64,000 nt of DNA from Mustelus asterias (Eukaryota), in NCBI RefSeq assembly GCF_964213995.1, contig NC_135825.1, positions 52,762,001 through 52,826,000 of the forward strand, given 5' to 3'. The notes beneath the pieces are model-generated. The model made no database searches and was not told where the DNA came from. It was given only the letters and a program-made list of their open reading frames with translations. This document shows positions 38,630 to 51,530 of the stretch, piece by piece. A program made the translations under genes and the position numbers. Positions within the stretch are counted from its first letter, which is position 1; each line of letters starts with the position of its first letter.

Positions 38630-41600
38630 AGGTGACTAAGTTGGAAAATAAATATTCCAGGGTACACAACATTTTGAAAAGAAAGGCAAAATGTAAGAGG
38701 AGGAGAAGCCTTGAGTAATGTAAGAATAGTCATGAGAGAGAGATCAGGAAGTAGAATCAGTTTGGATAGATATTAGAAATAACTAGGGTCAGGTGGGAGT
38801 TACTTACTGGCTCCGGAACGGAGTGTCAAGCAAGAAATAATTTGAACAACGGCAGTGCAATAATTATGACAGCCTTTAATCTTAATGGAGACTGGATAAA
38901 TCAAATTAGCAAAGGTGGTCTGGGCAATGAGTTTGTGGAATATTTTTAGTCAGTTTCCTGGAACAATATATTGTGGAACTAACTAGGTTTAACGAGTTAA
39001 ATTAGATTTAATTAGTGTCATTGTCGCAGATCTGGTGGGAAAATGTGATCATAATACAATTGAATTCCAAATTAAATTTGAGCGTCCTACTCCAGTCCCA
39101 AAGAAGAATCGGAATTATGTAATTGGCTTTGTTTACATTTGTGAGGAGAGCTGTCTAAGGTTGATTATAGACTAAAAGGTATGGTGGTAAATAAACAGGG
39201 AAACATTTAAAGAAACAATTCAAAATATGCAATACAAATAAATAATGGGTTGGCACCGCTGCCTCACAGCGCCAGGAGCCTGGGTTCAATTCCCAGCTTG
39301 GGTCACTGTCTGTGTAGAGTTTGCACGTTCTCCCCGTGTCTGCGTGGGTTTCCTCCGGGTGCTCCGGTTTCCTCCCACAGTCTGAACAACGTGCTGGTTA
39401 GGTGGATTGACCCGAACAGGTGCCGGAGTGTTGACGACTAGGGGAATTTCACAGTAACTTCATTGCAGTGTTAATGTAAGCCTTACTCGTGACTAATAAA
39501 TAAATTTTAACTTTACTTGTAATCAAAAAAACAAAAACTCAACAAAGATTAATTTGTCACTTAGCAGGACGTGAAGGATAATAGGTTAAAAGAAGCTTGT
39601 AATATTGCTCAAAATAGTACTTGGCCTCATTGGGAGAGTTTTAGCAAATCGAAAGGTTGAGAAAAAGATAAATGTAGAAAGAGTGTACTAGGAATATAAA
39701 ACCAGATAAGATTTTTGACAAGAATATGAAAGGGAGGCAGGTTCGTTCCTTCGAAGTACAGATAGCAGAAATGATCATCGGAATGAGGGAGGGGGGGGGG
39801 AGGGGAAACAGTAGCATTGAAATAGTGTGTCTATCTTCAGTAAAAAATACTGGTTCTGGAATGCACTGCAAGGAAGTGCGGTGGAGGTAGGTTCAATCGA
39901 GGCATTAGATGGTTATTTGAATGGAAACTGTGTATAGGACACGGGAGAACCAAGCAGGGGAATGGTACAAAGTCATGTTCATTTGGACAGCCGGTGCAGA
40001 CACAATGGGCTGAATGATCTCCCGCTCAGTAACAATACTGTGATATCAATTACATACCAAAAATGGAGAGTAACCAAGAAGCTCTTAAGCTTAAATTATT
40101 CATTATTAGCAGAGGAAAAGCTTATTGGAAAAATTAGAGGACAATGATGGACTGGGAAACGTTACCTAAAGGGATAGAAAGGCAATGGCAAATATTCAAG
40201 CAGTGCATGGGTGAACTTCAGCAATTGTTTATCATTGTCTGGCACAGAAATGAAACAAAAGATGGCTAAGCCATGGCTTACAAGCGAAATTAGAGATAGT
40301 ATTAGATCCAAGGAAGAGGCATACATATTGGCCAAATAGAAAACAACAGAGCTGAGGACTGCAAGCAGTTTAGAATTCAAAGGAGGAATAAGGGATTGAT
40401 TAAGGGGAAAATAAGCTTGCCAAGAACATAAAAACTGACTGTAAAAGTTTCTGTATATATGTGAAGAGGAAAAGATTGGTGAAGACCAATGTAGATCCCT
40501 TACAGTGATGCAGGAATTTATAATGGGGAGCAAGGATATGGCTGACCAACTAAATACATACTTTGGTTCTGCCTTCACAAAGGAGGACACAAATAACATA
40601 CCAGAAATGGTGGGGAACACAGTGAGCGGGAGGAACTGAAGGAAATGAGTATTAGTAAAGAAATGGTGTTGGGGAAATTGATGGGGATTTATCAGCCTTA
40701 AATCCCAGGGCCTGATAATCTGCATCCAAGTGTACTTAAGGATGCAGACCTAGAAATAGTGGATGCGTTGGTGGGGGAGGGTGGGTCTGGATAAGATGCT
40801 TGTTTGTTGGTGCAGACATGATGGGCTGAATGGCCATCCTCCTTCTGCGCTGGAGGGATTCCATGGTTCGGTGTAATTTTGACAAGCTGAGTGAGTGAGT
40901 GAGTGGGCAAATGCAAGGCAGATGGTAAGCCTATGGAATTCACTTCCACAGAAAGCAGTTGAGGTCAAAACATTGAATGTTTTCAAAGGGGAGTTAGATA
41001 TAGTTCTTGGGGCGAGGGAGATCGAAGGACATTTGAGGGGTGGGGAAGGCGGGGTCAAGCTATTGAGTTGGATGATCAGACGCCGCGATCATAATGAAGG
41101 GCAGAGCAGGCTCGAAGCAGCAAATGGCCTACTCCTGTTTCTAAGAGCCAACAAATCCCCTCCATTTGATGCCCTACTTCCCAGGGTTCCAGAAGAAGTA
41201 ACTGCGGGGATGGATGGTCTGATTAATTATCCAAAATTCTCCAAAACAGTCCCAGCAGCTTGGATATTAGCAAATGCAACACTGCTTTTCAAAAAATCAG
41301 TTATTGGGAAATTGCTGAAATTTATTACTAAGGAAGTCTTAACAGTGCACTGAGAAAATCATAGTGTAATCAGGCAGAACAAATGTGCTTTACAGAAGGA
41401 AAATTCTGTTTTGGCAAATTTTAGGTTTTTTAGAATCATAGAATCTACAGTGCAGAAGTAGGCCATTCGGCCCATTGAGGCTGCACCGACAACAATCCCA
41501 TCTAGGCCCTATCCTCTTAACCCCATGTATTTACCCTGCTAGTTCCCCTGACACCAAGGGGCAATTTAGCATAGCCAATCTACCTAACCAGCATATCATT

Positions 41601-41830
41601 GGAGTAGGGGAGGAAAACGGAGCATCGGGAGGAAACCCACACATATTGGGAGAATGTGCAAAAGCTCTACACAGTGACCCAAGGCCAGAATCAAACCCAG
41701 GTCCCTGGCACTGAGGCAGCAGTGATAGCCACTATGCCATCATATCACTATTGAGGATGTAACTATTCAGGTGGATAAAAGGTAGCCAGTAGATGTAACA
41801 TACCCGGATTTCCAATCAGTAAGGTTCCAC
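38630..41830 (+). mobile_element. Fragmented CR1 LINE cluster with HE1 SINE insertions
   Basis: Decayed endonuclease, tether and RT-linked CR1 sequence; SINEs at about 39248-39512 (+) and 41431-41740 (-). Confidence 0.65.
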
Positions 41831-42189
41831 CAAGGTGAATATGCAAGATAAGAACTCATCGACTTTTCATTCTTGCGGTGCGTAGCAGATGTTGGGGAAA
41901 ACTCCCTGCTCAGCCCACCTGCCTCAAGAGAAAGTGCCCAAAAGGTGGGATTCATTGCGGGGGGTGGGTGTGGGATGGTATTCGATCAATTGAGCTGGGT
42001 AAAAGTTTGGAGACAGCCACATCGTGTGCCAAGGTGGGCTGTAAAGATCCTTCAGCCCTCACCCCTTGCACACATTCTCTATGCCATCTCATTCCCCCTG
42101 CACCTAATACTGCAGAAGGCATATTTTCATCTATTCCAATAGAGGGTTTTCCCACAACAAGTCGCTAGCCTGCTGCAAGAGGCTTAAGA

Positions 42190-42402
42190 GGGTACCACTT
42201 GCATCAAGCATGGCTGACCAGCAGTGTCTCCCTCTCTTAATGCCTGCCATTGGCATGTGTTGGGAGGATTTTGTAGGTTGGTACACAGCCTGTTGGCCAT
42301 GTTATGAACGCACCTTCCTTGGCCTTCAAGTTCTGAGGTGAGACTTGGACCTGGAGCTTCTGGCTCAGAGACAGGGGCACTTCCCACCGTGCCACAAGAC
42401 CA
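42190..42402 (-). mobile_element. Unclassified tRNA-derived SINE
   Basis: A/B-box-like head; related copies at about 38050-38190 (+) and 50330-50560 (-). Confidence 0.5.
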
Positions 42403-43149
42403 ACTTATACCCGACCCCTCAGACCTTTTTGGAAAAGTGGCTTCCTCAAGCTGAGTGGAATCATGGGTGCACAGTCATAGGGTAAGAGTTCTATCATTTA
42501 GAACTAGGATGAGGAAAAATTGCAGAGGATTGTGAATCTTTGTCATTCTCTACTCCAGGAGGTTGTGAATGCTCCATCATTGTGGGATTCAAGGTAAATG
42601 GGGAGCAAGCAGGAAATTGGACTTGAATAGAATGATCAGCCATGATCGTGTTAAATGGCAAAGCAGGCTCGAGGGATGTATTGTCTATTCCTGCTCCTGT
42701 CACTTGTGACCTTCAGTGTTAAATCATGTCTATTAGCTTTAGGATTCTGCCTCACCACAGGAATGCATTGCTTTTTAAAAATTCATTCATGGGATGTGGG
42801 TGTTGCTGCGTCAGCAATGCCCATCCCACATTGCCTTTGAACTGAGTGCCTTTCTAGGCCATTTCAGGGCACGTTTAAGAGTCAACCACATTGCTGTGGA
42901 TTTGGAGGCCCATGTAGACCAGACAAAGCAAAGACAGCCGATCTCTTTCACTAAAGGACGTTGGTGAACCAGATGGGTTTTTATGAAAATTGTCAATGTT
43001 TTTATGACCACCCTTTGACTTCTCCAGATTTTTATTGAATTCGCATTTCACTATCTGCTGTGGTGGGATTTGAACCCAGGTTCCCAGGGCATAACCTTGG
43101 GTCTCTGAATTACTAGTCCAACTGAAGGGCATTGTTGTTTTCTCCACAG

Positions 43150-43333
43150 GATCGGATGTGGACTGGACAAACTGAAATGGGGCATTGTTTCTGCAATAAT
43201 TCGTCAAGTCTTTAAGAACACTAATATTCAAATCTCCGTGTACTCTCAGGAAACACCTGCGAAGGGTAATTCCCATGTTAAGAAGCAGCTTTCTACCTCA
43301 AGTAGGAGGACTCGATTGAATTATTGCCATTGA
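43150..43333 (+). CDS. OARD1: OARD1 last coding exon ([60 protein letters not shown])
   Basis: GCGLD motif (catalytic Asp125 equivalent). Acceptor ttttctccacag, stop TGA at 43331-43333. The joined CDS is 555 nt (184 aa). Confidence 0.93.
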
Positions 43334-43355
43334 AAACAACTATAGCTACCAAATA

Positions 43356-43512
43356 CAGTGGAGCCCCATTGTAACGCGACGGTCGGGGTCCACAAAATTG
43401 TCATCGCGAATGTTATCGGGGTCGTGCTAAATCGAAAGAGCAAAAAAAAGGGTCCATCGCATCATATCCGATTTCGCGCTAAATCGGGGCACGTTACAAC
43501 GGAGCTCCACTA
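43356..43512. mobile_element. Tc1/mariner (Tigger-like) MITE in the OARD1 3' UTR
   Basis: Imperfect ~23-bp TIRs beginning CAGTGGAGC; TA TSD at 43354-55 and 43513-14. Confidence 0.75.
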
Positions 43513-44741
43513 TACTTATTTCTGACATCTTAAAACTAGGGATGAAATCTTGTGGAAACAGTGGGTCTCGCCTGGCAGGAGAGCAGGTGAGAGACTTGCG
43601 TTGCCTCCTCTGGGGAAGACCTGCTGAGAGGTCACTGGCGGGCCTTCCCCAGGAGAGGAAAATCCTGCCCACAGTTGTCAGCTAATCAGGCCAACTGATT
43701 TTCTCAGCAGCATCACTGGGAAGGTGGTGGTTGTTGCCTGATTCCAGAGCGACCCAAGCCAGAGATAAGTGATAGCAGGAGGTATTTCACCAATTGGGGG
43801 CCGTGGGATGGAGAGGGGACTTGGCAGCAAGGGTGTGTTGTTGATCTACCACCCACTTCCTGATGCTGGGCTCCTTGATCTGAATTTGAACCTCACCACA
43901 GAGAGCCCACGCAGGTTTTCATGCCATGCTGACCCTCCCTCTCCCCCCTCCCCCATGGCATTTGGCCCACCCATTGCTGGGTGAGTGGGTAAAGGCCCTG
44001 AAGTGGTCAGTCGTTGTCCATTTAAGAGCTTGCTTGCCTCATTTAAATGCCTCCAAATACAGTACTGGAGAGAGCAGAAGATAGGTTCCACTCTTGGTCT
44101 CAACTTCATTATGGGGAAAATTCATCTTTTTAATAAAAAGTCAGGAGTGCTTGCTTTTTCTATAGCCTGTTGATTAAATTCTGTTATTGAGAATTTATTA
44201 TTTCAGAGTTATGCATTCTGAATTTCTGTCTCCATTTTTGATGCAATCTCCAATTTGTTCATTTGATATTCTTGCGTTGAAGTGTGTAATTAACTTGCTC
44301 TTTTTTGTCTTTAATGTCTTACAGTTATTAACTTTCCTCAACATTTGAGTTTGCTTGTTTATGGAGCTGGGGCTTGGTGAAGTGTTTTTTTTACAGTTTT
44401 CAATATTAAAAGTTAAACAATTGCTGCTGTTTAGATATTGACTTGTGTACAGGATGTAACTTGTTACAGAAACCTACTCCAGGACAGAGGTCAGGAACTC
44501 CAGTTTTGACGGGCCTTGGAGTTTCTGTGCATGTGTAATTCAGCATTTTAATTTCTTATGACTGAGGAGTGGCCCAGTGCACCTGCTGAAAATGGGCATG
44601 AAAACCCAGACTGTGACTGGCAACACCATTGTGGATAAGATTCTCAGGCAGGGAACAAGAAGAGGTCCCAGTTAAGTTGAAAAGAAAGATTAGAGAAAGA
44701 GGATGAAAGCAAGAAAAGATCAGTTGGCAGACTAAATGGAG

Positions 44742-44902
44742 AGAGCTCAGGAGAAGCCCTGACTATCAAAGAGCTCAGGAGAAGCCCTGACGATCAAAGA
44801 GCTCAGGAGAAGCCCTGACGATCAAAGAGCTCAGGAGAAGCCCTGACGATCAAAGAGCTCAGGAGAAGCCCTGACTATCAAAGAGCTCAGGAGAAGTCCT
44901 GA
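44742..44902 (+). repeat. 28-bp tandem repeat, 5.7 copies (AGAGCTCAGGAGAAGCCCTGAC[T/G]ATCAA), inside an LTR-like element
   Basis: Near-perfect units; T in units 1 and 5, G in units 2-4. Confidence 0.95.
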
Positions 44903-45366
44903 AGATCCAAAAAGGCAGCAGAAGGTTGGTGACTCCATGCTGCGGCCCATTTCAGCATAAGTAACCCTTTGGCCACGCCAAGCAGAATCCTATTGCTCCA
45001 AAGAGCTGAAATACGGCTTGAGTTAGTGCTTGAGTACACGTTCTGGAATCCAGGGGAAGAGAGTCTTGGGAGACAGGTTTGATACACTGCGTGGTGCGCT
45101 GTCATTGAGGCTTTTGTGGTTAGAATTCCAAGGCCAACACTGGAATCCATTGAGGGAATCAGACTTTCAATGAGATTGGTTAACTTGCTGGCCAGAATTT
45201 TACTGCCATGGAATCTGAGCGGGAGAGAGGCGGACCATGGAAAGGTCCATTGACCTCGCGGGATTTTACAGTTTCGGGACGAGCAAGGTTGGAAAATTCC
45301 ACCCATTGTTTCTTGACATCTGGGTGGATTGTTGAGCAATCCATGGACTCTGTCTTGGTTGCATCT

Positions 45367-45814
45367 TTGCGCACACGACAGCGCAGAGTCGCTGAGCAGA
45401 GACTGATAGCCAAGTTCCCCACACACGAGGACGGCCTCAACCGGGATATTGGGTTCATGGCACACTATCTGTAATCCCCACAGCCTGCCTGGACCTGCAG
45501 AGTTTCACTGGCTATCCTGTCTGGAGACAATACATATCTCTTTAGCCTGTCTTTATGCTCTCTCCACTCACATTGTTTGTATCTTAAAGACTTGATTAGC
45601 TGTAAGTATTCGCATTCCAACCATTATTCATGTAAATTGAGTCTGTGTCTTTATATGCCCTGTTTGTGAACAGAATTCCCACTCACCTGAAGAAGGGGCT
45701 TGGGGCTCCGAACGCTTGTGTGGCTTTTGCTACCAAATAAACCTGTTGGACTTTAACCTGGTGTTGTTAAACTTCTTACTGTGTTTACCTCAGTCCAATG
45801 CCGGCATCTCCACA
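45367..45814 (+). mobile_element. 5'-truncated Penelope-like element with 14-bp target-site duplication
   Basis: RTRQRRVAEQRLIAKFPTHEDGLNRDIGFMAHYL* followed by a pLTR with a degenerate hammerhead (CTGAAGA...GAAC, about 45684-45720). TCTTGGTTGCATCT is duplicated at 45353-66 and 45815-28. Confidence 0.85.
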
Positions 45815-48800
45815 TCTTGGTTGCATCTGCCATTATTATGCAGTGAGGTATGTTAAGCCACAGTTTGCTGGTTAATTCTCATGTAACTTGTATTAACCCT
45901 TGATGTTATAAGTATAAGATAGATATAAATTGTTTTATAACCCTATGGCAGCAAGGCTGACATCCCAGGAAGGAATCGTTCCTTAAGTTATGTTTTTTCC
46001 ACACTTTCAGACAGTACAGATTGTCTTCACTTGATGTGTAAATTATTTTCTTCCTGTTGCCTCTACTTTTGTTAACTATCTTAAATTTGTCCTCTGGTAA
46101 CTGAGCCTTCTGCCACTGAAAATGTTTTTTATTTACTTTGACCTCCCTAGTTTGAGCACTTTTATAAATCTCACCTTAACCTTCACAAAGAAAAACCTGA
46201 GTTTCTCCCGCTTGTAACTGGAGTTTTTCACTCCCTGGTATCTTGACAGTGCGTTTTATCTATGTCCTGCCCAAGGCCTAGACAGGTCGTCTTAAACACA
46301 TTCCTTGCTTTTAGATTCTGTGCCTTTTATTTAAAAGCCATCTTCCTTTTTTTAACACCCACCTCAAGAACTTTCAAAGACTTGTGAATGCACACGCCTT
46401 GGCTTCTGAACGTGGCAATTGGGCTCAACTGTCTCTGATTTTCTACAAGTTTATCAGTTACGGCGAGTGGACGAACATGCCATCCAATTAATGTTGGAGT
46501 GCAGGCTCCTGAAGCTGGATGGTCAGTAGGAGGCCTTTCTTGAAAATAGCAGCAGGATGCTGTGGTAAGTGAGGAGAAGGCACCCCAAACTGGAGACACC
46601 CTTTGCAACATTCTCAAATCTAAAATTAAAAATGGCCTTTGTAACAGGGTCATTACATTTGTGTTGGTGGGGAGGGGGGGGGGGGGGGGGCGGGTAGATT
46701 GGGGGAACTCCTCCACTGGGTGACCTGCTACTGCACCCAGGGAGTGGAGCGGGGGGGGCGGGGAGCTCTACCTGCCTGGTTTACCACAGGGAGGCTGCCT
46801 TACCGTAGCTGAACTGTCTCCCACTACCCGCATGGGTCTGGATTCTGACTGGAAAGTCCCAACTGTGGTCTCCTTCAACATGCCTTAAGCGTTTTTATCG
46901 AGCTTAATCAGCTGCCTGTAGCGAGTGGGCAAGTAGCCCTGCTGTATCCCAATCCCACTTCCGGAAAAAGGGTGGGATGGAGCCTGAAAAACGCTAGCGT
47001 TAGTGCAACTTCTTCCTCGCCCCAGCAAGGGTGAATATTCCCCACCCCAGGTCTCTCTGTTCCTGCTCCCACTTTAAAATTATACCATTTATTTTGCATT
47101 GCCTCCAAGACACACACTTCCTATGACAATGAATCACTTCAGACCTTAAAAGCTCATAATTTGTCTGCCCACCTCACCATCTGCCTCTGTCCTTCTCCAG
47201 GTCTGTTCCTGCCCTCCTCAGCCTTTGCCACATTTGAGTTTCTGCAAACTTCAGAACTTATTCCCAAGTCTAAAAGGAGCAGTGCTCCCTGGGGACACCA
47301 CTTTCCTCCAGTCTGGAAAAGCAGCTGTTCCCGCTTGCTCTCTTCTTTCTGTCCCGGAGCCACTGTCACCTCAGTCCCATCGGCTTCAATTTCTATTTAA
47401 AATGTTGTTGACACTGACTTGAAGGAGATACCAGCTATTACTCAGTAAACTGATAATGCTCGCAATGAACTCTCGATGACTGAGTCTTGGTGTACATAAT
47501 TGACACAGTTAACCTTCCAGGCCAGGACTTTCAGTTATATTATCAATGCATTCTACACACCAATAATCTGTAAAACCTGACGGTGGCAGCACAGAATTAA
47601 GACGTGCTTCAAAACCCGACAGGATTACAATTAATAGGATTCTTGGGAAAGTCATTCACAGCCAACAATGTCGTAGCAAAGGCAAAGTACTGCCAGAAAT
47701 AGAAACTTAAACTGAATAACAGAAAAGGAAGAAATGTTCAGGTCCAGCAGCATCTGTGGAGAGAAAGAAACAAGAGTTAATGTTATGGTTCATGACCTTT
47801 CGCTAGAACTAGCAGAATTTAGGGACGTAATGGTTTATAGACGGACACAGAGCCAGGTGAGGCATAGGGTGGGGAATGTGGAGAGGAAAGTCTGTGATGG
47901 GCTGGAGGGCAGGAGTGGTTAAATGGCCGAAGTAATGATTGTGACCAGCAAAAGGACAAGTAAATAAACAAAAGAAAGGCCTAGAGGTTAGGCCTAGCGC
48001 TGCACGGTAGCACAGTGGTTAGCGCTGCTGCCGCACAGCGCCAGGGACCCGGGTTCAATTCTTGGCTCCGGTCACTGTGTGGAGTTTACATGTTTTCGCT
48101 GTGTCTGCGTGGGTTTCCTCCGGGTGCTCGGGTTTCCTCCCACAGTCTGAAAGACGTGCTGGTTAGGGTGCATTGGCCGTGCTAAATTCTCACTCAGTGT
48201 ACCCGAACAGGCGCCGGAGTGTGACGACTCGGGGATTTTCACAGTAACTTCATTCCAGTGTTAATGTAAGCCTACTTGTGACACTAATAAATAAACTTTA
48301 TAAATGAAAGTGGAACAGTTTATAGTTCTCCAGGCTATAATTGTCTAAAATATTTTCACTGTGGTTTAAAATTTGAAGATAACACAAATTTTAATATGTA
48401 CAAAGTTAAATTGCGATCTCGTCAGGCTGTGATACTGCATGTGAATACCCTCGACTGCTCTGTCATTCCAGTGCCAGTGTAGTGTTGCATTAAATTTATC
48501 TGGACATAATATAGTATAACTGAAGTGCATCCACTCAATAGCCTACCATATGCTGAAATGCTGGCAACTACTTAGCAATTTATTCATGTTTCTGTCTGTG
48601 AACTTTATCCCTTGTCAAATACTTTTATTTTTAATACTTTTTTTGTTTTGCGCTTGTAACCACTGCAGAGGTGGCTCCTCTGCAAATTTCAATAGTATTT
48701 AGAAAGTGATATTTATAAAATGCACTCATGGAACATTGATGTGTACTATTCCTGAAGCTTTCTAAAACTATGCAACTCTTGTCATATATTTTTGGCTGTG

Positions 48801-50569
48801 GGGATAGCTGAGCTGCTGTGATCCTGAAATGACCTAGTTTGCTGAGCTGAAGCAGGTTTTAAAACTGTGCTGTTGCCATCTTAGAGCCAAAGTGAAATTT
48901 GCTTCTGTCTGTCCCTGCTTTGCAACACTTAACTGGTTGCATCCTGACATGGTGTGAAATTGGACATGTGCATTGGAAGCTAAAAGTTTGTTTGTAATCA
49001 TTGCAGACTTAACGGCTGTACCATTTTTAATTCTTAAGTAAATGACAATGTATTATACACGATGTGGAGTTGCCGGCATTGGACTGGGGTAGGCTCCATG
49101 ATGGGGCAGTTTAATATATTTAATAGAAAGTCTAAGATTTTCCAGAATTTCCTGTCTGTCACACACATCAGGAATGCCAAGCCCACTGCAATGTAAATAC
49201 TTGGAATCCTACTTCCAACCACTGATCCTTTATGTATAGGAACACTAGGTCTCGGTACTGTGTATAACGTTTCATCCACTTCTCAACCAACACCAATTCA
49301 ATTCTTGGCCACAGCTACCAGTTGATCCAAATTTTTTGTGATATCCCATGCATGTTCCCATTATAAATAGGTACAGTCAACCTTGTGAAGAATGTTGTCT
49401 TTGTTCATAAAACCCTATGGACCACTTTGGGGTCATTATAAGTCGTTGATCACATCTTTTATTTTTCATTCTTGGGATGTGGGCATCTATTGCTCATCCC
49501 TAATTGCCCTTGAAGATGGTGGTGAGTTGCCTTCTTGAACCGCTCCAGTCCTTGTGGCGTAGGTACACCCACAGCACTGTGAGGGAGGAAGTTCCAGGAT
49601 TTTGACCGAGCAACAGTGAAGGAATGGCGATATATTTCCAAGTCAGGACAGTGAGCGGCTTGGAGGGAAGTTTGCAGGTGGTGGTGTTTCCACGTTTCTG
49701 CTGCTCTTGTGCTTGGGTAACGGTCAAGGGTTTGTGAGTTGCTGTCTAATGAACCCTGGTGAGTTTCTGCAGTACATGTTGTAGATGGCGTACATGGCTG
49801 CCACTGCTTGTCAGAGGGGGGTAGTGAATGTTTGTGGAAGGGGTGCCAATCAAGCCTGCCATTCAGACTTTTTTGTTTCTGAGAGGTACGTAGGCTGTAA
49901 AATGCCCAAAAAATAGGATTAAATGCATGTTACCATTATTTGGCAGCACGTTGCTGATAGTGTAAAGTCTTTTTTTTTTGTTCCTATCTGGCTAACCCAG
50001 TATTAGAATGCAGTTAATTCGCTCATGCAATGAATAGCTTTGATCATTTCTTGGGACAATTCATTCCAAACATTTGTGCACTCTGTTAAATTATACAGGA
50101 CATGAACTGATTTTTTTTTTAACGTTTCTGAACATCTCAATCTTATCGTTGTTCTCAGGACTATGATAAGTTTCTCAGAGCTACTGATATTCAAGGCCTT
50201 GGAACACCTCAAACCCTGTCTCAGTCGTCTGTAACATAGCAATCAGCACACACAGTCTGTCCTTATATTTAATATACCATTACCATTTTACTGCGTTGGT
50301 CCCTATTGTTTGCTCCTCCTCCAGGTACTATGCGTTGGTGCCCACAGACTTCCAGTGGATTGGTCCATGATTAAGCTTGCAGCACTGCAGCATTGGGTTT
50401 CCTTCTGCAGTATGGCTGACCAGGAAGCTCTCCCACTCTGACCACCTGCCATCCAGCATATTGGAAAGATTTACTAGCTGATCGTCAACCAGTTTGGTCA
50501 TATTATGAAACCACATTCCGTAGCAGAGCGTGACTTGAACCCAGAGCTACTGCCTGAGATAGGGAAGAA

Positions 50570-51530
50570 TTGAGAGATGTAGCGGTGAGGTAGAACTGGG
50601 TGTCATCAATCTACATATGTGTTTTCAAATGACATAACCAAGGCATTATGTGGATCATAAATAGGAGCTGGCGAAGTATAGATCCTTGGGGGACACCAAT
50701 AGTAACTGAGCAAGTAGGAAAAGAAGCATTGGAAGTGCTTCTCTGGTTACGATTGTAGAAGAACAGAAGCAGGTGAGTGCAGTCCTGCCCAAGTGGATGA
50801 CAGTGAGGAGGCATTGAAGGAGGATGGTGTAGCTAAGTGTGTCAACGGTTGCACATAGTTCAAAGAGGATAAGGAGACAGAGTTTACCTTTTTCACAGTA
50901 ACAGGATGTCATTTGTGCCTTTGATAAAGAGCTGTTTTCAGAAATGTGGCAGAGTAGAAACCTGATTGGAGGAGAGTTCCAGGAAAGATGGGCATAGATT
51001 TGGGGATGTAGGGCAGTGGGAGTTGGCAACAGCACGTTCGTGGACTTTGGAAAGAAAAGGAAGGTTGGATATTGGGACAAGAGTTTGAGGATAGAAGGGT
51101 CAATGTTTTTTGAAGAGAGTGATGATGATGACAGATTCGAAGGACAGGGTGACAGTAGATAAGTTGAGAGTACAGTTAACAATATTGGCAAACAAAGCAA
51201 GAAGCAGAGTTGGATGGTCAACAATTTAGTGGAACTAGGAAGGAGCATAAAGTGGATCCATAAACAAATAAACTCAGGGCATGAGGAGAGAAATTGGAGC
51301 ACATGATGACTAGACAGGGTGGGTTCTTAAAGACAGTTTGGCCAGTGGGATAGAGAAATGGCAAAGACAGCTGAGTGGATACCTCAAACTTAGTGACAAT
51401 GAAACCTATAAAATCATCGCACTTATTGCAGGTGAGAGCAAAGGAGAGGGATTTTCAAAGATGGTTTGCAGTAAAGAAAAGCGCAGGGGGTGGGAGGGCT
51501 GCCATTTTGGAGTGAGTAATTTTTGTAAAT
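50570..51530 (-). mobile_element. Old L2 LINE RT fragment
   Basis: LILFELCATVDTLSYTILLQCL (compare L2 LDLSAAFDTVDH.ILL.RL) and VTIGVPQGSIL motifs. Confidence 0.75.

Noticed and set aside
48790-48970. Possible H/ACA snoRNA (two hairpins ending GG-ACA-TGT)
   Set aside because: No ANANNA H box in the hinge and no recognised family.
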